Virus record (IMG/VR): IMGVR_UViG_3300045988_046997
Coordinates: 1-26,899 of that record
DNA: 26,899 bases
Source of the DNA: a virus
Strand: one strand, 5' to 3'
The notes under the pieces are model-generated. The model saw only the letters and a program-made list of their open reading frames with translations, did not search any database and had not been told where the DNA came from. Positions 21,496 through 26,899 of the stretch are shown here, piece by piece. Each line of letters opens with the position of its first letter. Position 1 is the stretch's first letter. The position numbers and the translations under genes were made by a program.

Positions 21496-21505
21496 GGATG
21501 CGCGC

Positions 21506-21838
21506 ATGGCTACCGTGACGCTCGACCTCGACGGAGTGGACGCTAAGGCAAGCAGGATTAAGAACAACGAGACCTTCGGTCTGTTCATCGCCACCGAGGC
21601 GATGCGCGGCATGTCGCCATACGTCCCGTTCAGGAACGGCTACCTCGACGCTTCGGCGAAAGCGGAGCCGTTCGCCGTGACGTACCAGACCTCGTACGTC
21701 TCGAAGGTGTACCACGGGACTCACATGCGTTTCTCGAAGGAGCGGCACGCTCTGGCCACCGCCGAGTGGGACAAGGCTTACGCTGCGGCTCACGGGCAGG
21801 AGCTGGCGCAGGCTTGCACGGCGTATCTGAAGAGGTGA
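21506..21838 (+). CDS. Putative HK97 gp10-like / tail-completion protein
   Basis: 110 aa with an AGAGAGGA RBS. Size and position only. Confidence 0.35.
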   Translation: MATVTLDLDGVDAKASRIKNNETFGLFIATEAMRGMSPYVPFRNGYLDASAKAEPFAVTYQTSYVSKVYHGTHMRFSKERHALATAEWDKAYAAAHGQELAQACTAYLKR

Positions 21839-21842
21839 TCTG

Positions 21843-22280
21843 ATGGGATCCAACGGTAAGACCGCAGCCGTCGTCGAATGGCTGAAGACGTACCCGGAGC
21901 TTGACGGGTACCTGAAGCTGAACGCGACGGAGCTGGAGGCTGGCGAGCGCACGGTTGACACCGTGTACAACGACGCGAAGGTTCGCGAGTTCATAGACGG
22001 GACAGTGGAGAGGCAGTACACGTTCGCCGTCGTGATGGTGTGCGACTGGTCGTCTGGCTTCGACGCGGTCAACGCTGAGGCGGAGAGCTGGGGCGAGCGG
22101 TGGCTCGACTGGTGCGACGCTCAGTTCAAGGCAGGGAACGTGCCAGGATTCGGCGGAAAGTGTACAATACGGGCGATAGAATCGCTCCAGAACATCCCTT
22201 CGTTGGCTGCGACCTATCAGGAAGAGCAACTGGCTCGGTACATGTTCCAAGCGCGCATCACGTATTGGGAGAAGGAGTAA
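21843..22280 (+). CDS. Putative tail terminator / tail component
   Basis: 145 aa. Located immediately upstream of the major tail protein. Confidence 0.35.
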   Translation: MGSNGKTAAVVEWLKTYPELDGYLKLNATELEAGERTVDTVYNDAKVREFIDGTVERQYTFAVVMVCDWSSGFDAVNAEAESWGERWLDWCDAQFKAGNVPGFGGKCTIRAIESLQNIPSLAATYQEEQLARYMFQARITYWEKE

Positions 22281-22284
22281 CGCA

Positions 22285-22779
22285 ATGACGCAATTGACAC
22301 GAAACCTGTTCGTTCCGCTGATCGACACGCTCAAGGGCGCATCCGCGAGCGAGGGAACCTACAAGTGGGTTCCGATCGACCTGTCCACGCAGTTCGAGCT
22401 TTCGTACAACCCGAACACAGAGACGAAGTCGTACATCTGCTACAAGAACGACACTAACGAGGTCACGGGCTACGCGCCCGAGCTTCCGCAGGAGATCGCG
22501 CTCGAGAGCACGAACCCGCTTTACAAGTTCATGGACGAGTACCTGAACTCGTTCCCGGTCGGCAGCGCGGCTAAGATCCCGTTCCTGTTCGTGCGCCCCG
22601 ACATCGAGACGGGCGAGGCGACCAAGGCGCTCATGTGGAAGGAAGCCACCGTCGTCGGCGACACCCTGAACACCGTGGACGGCATCCTGTCGTTCACCAT
22701 CAGCCTGAACGGCGATCCCGTTGCCGGCAGCGTGACCGGTCTCGGCACCGCAGAGGTTAAGTTCGCACCGAAGGGTTAG
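22285..22779 (+). CDS. Major tail protein
   Basis: AAGGAG RBS. 164 aa. Its position precedes the chaperone pair and tape measure. It is followed by a strong terminator-like hairpin, as is typical of major tail genes. Confidence 0.6.
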   Translation: MTQLTRNLFVPLIDTLKGASASEGTYKWVPIDLSTQFELSYNPNTETKSYICYKNDTNEVTGYAPELPQEIALESTNPLYKFMDEYLNSFPVGSAAKIPFLFVRPDIETGEATKALMWKEATVVGDTLNTVDGILSFTISLNGDPVAGSVTGLGTAEVKFAPKG

Positions 22780-22802
22780 AGACGTTGGCGTGGTAGAATG
22801 GA

Positions 22803-22837
22803 GCCGTGGCGCTTTCGAGCGTCGCGGCTTTTTTGTT
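22803..22837 (+). terminator. Rho-independent terminator/attenuator T6 after the major tail gene
   Basis: GCCGTGGCGC-tttcga-GCGTCGCGGC: a 10-bp stem with 2 G-U pairs, followed by TTTTTTGTTC. Confidence 0.7.
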
Positions 22838-22857
22838 CAAACGAAAGGTAGGGAAAC

Positions 22858-23244
22858 ATGGTCACTTATCGAGCAGCCAACGGCAACCTCATCGAGCTCC
22901 CGAAGCTCACCCTCGCGCTGAGCGACGAGATGGACGCGGTCGGCATGGCGCAATCAAACCGAGATCGCTACCGCTTGCAGCACGAGTTCGTGAAAAAGGT
23001 TTGCGGCGACGACAACGCGGCGGCGATGCTCGACGGCGAGTACATCGAGGACATCGACCTCGTTGCCCTGAACACGACGTACGTCGGGATCGTCAACGCC
23101 TACGCGGAGCCTGTCGCCAAGGTTCAGGCCGAGGCCGTTGCGGAGCAGATGAAGGCCTTGAAGCCCGTTGTCGGCGCGGCTGACGCTGTGAGCCGCATAT
23201 CCGTCATGGGGAACAGCCGCCAAGGTTTCAAGGCCGTTCGATGA
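22858..23244 (+). CDS. Tail assembly chaperone (gpG-like)
   Basis: 128 aa, acidic. Located between the major tail and tape measure genes. AAAGGTAGGG RBS. Confidence 0.5.
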   Translation: MVTYRAANGNLIELPKLTLALSDEMDAVGMAQSNRDRYRLQHEFVKKVCGDDNAAAMLDGEYIEDIDLVALNTTYVGIVNAYAEPVAKVQAEAVAEQMKALKPVVGAADAVSRISVMGNSRQGFKAVR

Positions 23245-23795
23245 TCGACCTTCGCTTCAAGCTCCCTACCGCTATAGAGGTTGGCGGCAGGGAGTACGAG
23301 CTGGACACCGACTTCAGAACGTGGATCGAGTGGGTGAGGTGCATCCGAGAGGAGGGCATCGCATCCTACTCGATCTTCAAGGGCGAGCGGCCTGAAGGCG
23401 TTGAATGGGTCGAGGCGGCGATGGAGTTCGCGAGGTCTGAGAACGCCACGCCGAAGGCGCGACCGGACGACAGAGCCGTGGAGACGTTCGACTTCATCTT
23501 GGACGGCGACTACATAGTCGGCGCGTTCATGCAGGCTTACGGCATCGACCTTGCGACGATCGAGAGCCTGCATTGGCACGTGTTCCTAGCGTTGTTCCGC
23601 AGCTTGCCGGAGGGAACTAAGATGGCGGAGATCATGGGCTACCGAGGCTGGCGCAAGAACGACGCGAAGAAGAAGATGGAGAAGCAGTACGATGAAGCTC
23701 AGCGCATGTGGCGGCTGCCGCCTAGGAAGACGGCGGAAGCCAAGGCGATGATCGAGTGGCAGAAAGAGGCGTTCGGGAACGTGGCGTTCCCATAG
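23241..23795 (+). CDS. Gp15-like tail protein / second chaperone
   Basis: 184 aa. ATGA overlap with the upstream gene. Its position between chaperone and tape measure matches A118/SPP1-like gp15. No canonical slippery heptamer upstream. Confidence 0.45.
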   Translation: MIDLRFKLPTAIEVGGREYELDTDFRTWIEWVRCIREEGIASYSIFKGERPEGVEWVEAAMEFARSENATPKARPDDRAVETFDFILDGDYIVGAFMQAYGIDLATIESLHWHVFLALFRSLPEGTKMAEIMGYRGWRKNDAKKKMEKQYDEAQRMWRLPPRKTAEAKAMIEWQKEAFGNVAFP

Positions 23796-23824
23796 GCAGG
23801 GGACTCCGTTATACGGAGGCTTGA

Positions 23825-25795
23825 ATGGCGGACGGAACAATCAGGATCGGCTTGGAGCTGGAGGACGGCGGCGTCAAGTCGGAGGCGAAGGCTGCGGGAA
23901 CGGCTGCCGGCGACGCGGCTGGAAGCGGCCTCGAGCAAGGACTTGACCAAGGGTCTAAGTCTGGAGCCGACAAGGCAGGGGCGAACATCGAGTCGTTCGG
24001 CGACAAGATGAAGGGAGTGCTGGCGGGAATCTCCGTCGCAGCGCTAGCGGCATCCATCGGCGAGCTCGTGTCCACGACGAACGAGTTCCAAGAGGACATG
24101 GGCAAGCTTTCGGTAGCGGCTCAGCAGAACAGCGTGTCGGCTGGAGAAGCAAACAAGGCGTACCGCGACATGGTGGGCATCCTAGGCGAGACCGATCAGT
24201 CAGTGGAGGCCGTAAACCACCTGTTCGCGCTGTGCGGCGACAACACTCAGGCTTTGAGCGACTGGACGAACATCGCGAGCGGCGTTTACGCGACGTTCGG
24301 CGACTCGCTTCCGCTTGAGGGCTTGACAGAAGCGGCGAACGAGACGGCGAGGGTCGGTCAGGTAACAGGCCCCTTCGCCGACGCTATCAACTGGGCGACG
24401 GCATCGGCTGAGGAGCTGGGCGACACGCTCGACGGCAACGTCGATGCACAGGACGCTTTCTACGCGGCGATCGACGGCGGCGCGACGGTCGAGGACGCTT
24501 ACACCGCAGCGTTGCAGGCTTGCTCCGACGAGGGCGAGAGAGCGCAGGTCATCACCGACACGCTGACCGGCTTGTACGGAGAGGCTGGCGAGCAGTACCA
24601 GCAGACCAACGAGGACGTAATCAACTACCGCCAGAGCCAGAGCGACCTCACGCAGGCGATGAGCGACCTCGGGCAAGCGTTCATGCCGGTGGTGACGGGC
24701 GTTACCAACATGGCGGCGGCTCTAGTGTCTGGGTTGCAGCCAGCCGCCGATTGGTTCGTGCAGAACCTGCCGATCATCGCGCCGATCCTCGCGGGCATAG
24801 CGACGGCGGTCGGGATCCTGACCGTTGCGTCCATGGCTCAGTCCGCCGCAACGACGATCGCGGCGACGGCTCAGGGACTGCTAAACGCTGCGTTGTCGGC
24901 GAACCCGATCGTTCTTGTCGTCGCGCTGATCGCTGGCCTGATCGCGGCTATCGTTCTGCTGTGGAACAACAGCGAGGCGTTCCGAAGCTTCGTGACCGGG
25001 GCGTTCGAGAACATCATGTCGGTTGCCCAGACGGTCATTTACGCCATCGTCGGCTTCTTCACGGGCACCGTGCCTAACGCTATCGGCGTCGTCGTCGGCT
25101 TCTTCCAGAACCTGTGGGACACCATCGTCAGCGTCTTCAACGGCGCCCTGAGCACGGTCAGCGGCTTCGTGTCGTCAGTCGTGCGGTTCTTCACTTCGGA
25201 CGTTCCGAACGGCATCATGAACATGTTGGGCGTTGCGGGTCAGATCCCAGGTCAGATCGCGTCGTTCTTGGGAAACGCACTGTCGAGCGCGTGGAATTTC
25301 GTCGGGAACTTCGCTGGGGCTGCCATCGACGCGGCTAGCCAGTTCGTCTCCAACATTATGAACGGTCTGTCCGGTCTCGGCTGGCAGGTCGTTTCCGTCG
25401 GATCGAACATCGTCAACGGCATCTGGGAAGGCATCAGCGGAGCGTCCGGTTGGCTCATGAGCCAGATCTCTGATTTCGCCAGCAACGTGGTGGACGGCAT
25501 CAAGGGATTCTTCGGCATCTCCTCTCCGTCGAAGGTCATGCGAGACGAGGTCGGAAGGTACCTCGCCGAGGGCGTTGCCGTCGGTTGGGAGCAGAACGAC
25601 CCGCTCTCTTCGATCGAGCGCGACATGAAGGTCGGCGTCTCCAAGCTCAGCGTTCAGGCTCAGGCGGTCGATGGCATCGGAGCAACGACGAACAACCAGA
25701 CGATCAACTTCAACCAGCCGGTTGAGTCGCCAGACCAGATCGCTAGGACGATGAGGCTCCAGCAGAGGTACGGTCTGGCTGGCTCGTACGTGTAA
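23825..25795 (+). CDS. Tape measure protein
   Basis: 656 aa with a GGAGG RBS. Ala/Gly-rich helical regions plus central hydrophobic segments (IAPILAGIATAVGILTVASMA..., PIVLVVALIAGLIAAIVLLW). It is the largest gene in the tail module. Confidence 0.85.
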   Translation: MADGTIRIGLELEDGGVKSEAKAAGTAAGDAAGSGLEQGLDQGSKSGADKAGANIESFGDKMKGVLAGISVAALAASIGELVSTTNEFQEDMGKLSVAAQQNSVSAGEANKAYRDMVGILGETDQSVEAVNHLFALCGDNTQALSDWTNIASGVYATFGDSLPLEGLTEAANETARVGQVTGPFADAINWATASAEELGDTLDGNVDAQDAFYAAIDGGATVEDAYTAALQACSDEGERAQVITDTLTGLYGEAGEQYQQTNEDVINYRQSQSDLTQAMSDLGQAFMPVVTGVTNMAAALVSGLQPAADWFVQNLPIIAPILAGIATAVGILTVASMAQSAATTIAATAQGLLNAALSANPIVLVVALIAGLIAAIVLLWNNSEAFRSFVTGAFENIMSVAQTVIYAIVGFFTGTVPNAIGVVVGFFQNLWDTIVSVFNGALSTVSGFVSSVVRFFTSDVPNGIMNMLGVAGQIPGQIASFLGNALSSAWNFVGNFAGAAIDAASQFVSNIMNGLSGLGWQVVSVGSNIVNGIWEGISGASGWLMSQISDFASNVVDGIKGFFGISSPSKVMRDEVGRYLAEGVAVGWEQNDPLSSIERDMKVGVSKLSVQAQAVDGIGATTNNQTINFNQPVESPDQIARTMRLQQRYGLAGSYV

Positions 25796-25875
25796 TGGAA
25801 TGCGCCCATGCTTGGTTATAGCTGAGATGGGCGCATCGCCCGTCAGGGGCGATTATGTGAGGTCTAGGAGGCATT

Positions 25876-26760
25876 GTGGAACAGGTTCTGCTGCGCATCG
25901 TCAGGGACGACGGCTTGGTGTTCGACATAGACAACTTGGTCTGGATGATCCCGAGCGACGGCTTGGAGAACTGGGCGAACCTGCCGCACTCGGTGTCGGT
26001 GCAGGAGAACGCCAGCTACGACGGCGGAGTTGTGACGAACAAGAGGATCGAGACGGTGGACAGGTCGGTTCACGCAGAGCTGGCGAACCCGGCGGACAAC
26101 GCCGAGAAGCGTCTGGAAGCGATCCGCTTCTTCAGCCCGAAGCACACGTACGACGCTCACCTGACGTATCAGGGTCGGACGCGTTGGTGCCACGGCGAGC
26201 AGTACGCCTTCAAGTGCGACGCGGGGAACATATACGCCCCAGTGTCGTTCGATTGGACGATCTTGTGTCCCATGCCGTACCTGCTGAGCGAGGACGACTT
26301 CGGAAAAGACGTCGCGTTCGTCACCGGCAAGTTCGGCTTCCCATACCATTCCGTCGTTCAGAGCACGCCGAGCGGGGTCTACAAGCGCGGCTTCGTCATG
26401 GGCGTTTACGACTTCAATAAAACTGTTGACATCGCCAACGACGGCGACGTGACGACATTCCCGAGGGTCGTCGTCAAGGCTGACGGAGTTGTGGAGAACC
26501 CGAAGATCAGCATCGGCGACAAGTTCGTCCGCTTCGTCGGCACGTTGCAGCAGGGTGACGAGCTGGTGATCGACTTCGATAAGAGGCCGCCGAGAGTGGA
26601 GCTGAACGGGAAGAACGCGATGAACAAGGTGGATCGCTCCAGCTCGTTCACGTCTTTCCAGATCGAGCCCGGCGACACTACATTCACGTACGACGCTGAT
26701 TCCGGCGAAAACGTCATGTCGGTCTCGCTGTTCTACCGCAAACGCTACCTCGGGATCTAG
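25876..26760 (+). CDS. Distal tail protein (Dit, Sipho_tail-like)
   Basis: GTG start with an AGGAGG RBS. 294 aa. Located directly after the tape measure gene. Confidence 0.55.
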   Translation: MEQVLLRIVRDDGLVFDIDNLVWMIPSDGLENWANLPHSVSVQENASYDGGVVTNKRIETVDRSVHAELANPADNAEKRLEAIRFFSPKHTYDAHLTYQGRTRWCHGEQYAFKCDAGNIYAPVSFDWTILCPMPYLLSEDDFGKDVAFVTGKFGFPYHSVVQSTPSGVYKRGFVMGVYDFNKTVDIANDGDVTTFPRVVVKADGVVENPKISIGDKFVRFVGTLQQGDELVIDFDKRPPRVELNGKNAMNKVDRSSSFTSFQIEPGDTTFTYDADSGENVMSVSLFYRKRYLGI

Positions 26761-26769
26761 GAGGATCGC

Positions 26770-26899
26770 ATGGAGTTATACGGGCTTGACAAGGGGTTCG
26801 GCTTGGTGACGGCGGCGATCCCGTACTTCAACCTGCAATGGAACAGGAAGTATTACGAGTCGGGCACGTTCAGCTTGCAGATAACGGCTGACGTGTACG
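26770..26899 (+). CDS. Truncated second copy of the CDS at 12-1046, produced by the terminal redundancy of the contig
   Basis: Identical to 12-141 and runs off the window end. Confidence 0.8.
   Translation, partial: MELYGLDKGFGLVTAAIPYFNLQWNRKYYESGTFSLQITADVY

Noticed and set aside
23184-23244. Programmed -1 frameshift producing a G-T chaperone fusion
   Set aside because: The downstream frame is closed by TGA at 23181. No XXXYYYZ heptamer lies between 23184 and the chaperone stop.
26759-26899. Second copy of the Gp37-like gene start as a real gene duplication
   Set aside because: The copy is exactly 141 bp long, sits at the very end of the window and is identical to the very beginning. This is the signature of a circular genome linearised with overlap, not a biological duplication.

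Overview
The window is a circularly permuted, apparently complete siphovirus-type phage genome. Positions 1-141 repeat exactly at 26759-26899, so the unique length is 26,758 bp. It is GC-rich (about 60% by eye, not computed) with a strong NCG-codon bias. All ~45 credible genes lie on the + strand. The long minus-strand and alternate-frame ORFs in the track are GC-driven artefacts.

Gene order:
- Tail tip: a Gp37-like protein and a tail fibre with a C-terminal collar domain.
- A PBSX-like lysis cassette: unknown protein, XkdX-like 38-aa ORF, XhlA-like protein, holin, and an Amidase_5 endolysin with three C-terminal ChW-like repeats.
- A terminator/promoter cassette, then the recombination/replication module: ERF, SSB, unknown, RusA, Gp157-like, replisome organiser, DnaC-like loader, XRE HTH, small ORFs, HNH, more small ORFs, dUTPase, and a divergent ThyX-like protein.
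- Packaging: TerS, TerL, portal, gp7/MuF-like.
- A promoter-bearing three-gene moron.
- Scaffold, major capsid, head-tail connector proteins.
- A 265-bp non-coding iteron/AT-rich element.
- Tail genes: gp10-like, unknown, major tail, chaperone, Gp15-like, tape measure, Dit.

No integrase, CI-type repressor, partition genes, tRNA, CRISPR array or reverse transcriptase was seen.

The most striking unexplained structure is non-coding:
- Two copies of an ~85-100-bp element made of 11-bp-periodic (C/G)TGCATGC-AAA iterons plus an AT-rich (A)GGTTAGTTT-repeat tract. One copy lies inside the replisome-organiser gene and one, expanded, in the middle of the morphogenesis module. This resembles the SPP1 oriL/oriR arrangement.
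- Four paralogous terminator-promoter-leader cassettes (-35 TTGCAA/TTACAA, 17 bp, -10 TAAGAT/TATAAT). Three carry GTTTGC/GCAAAC palindromic half-sites that also occur in both iteron elements. Two share an identical 39-nt leader.
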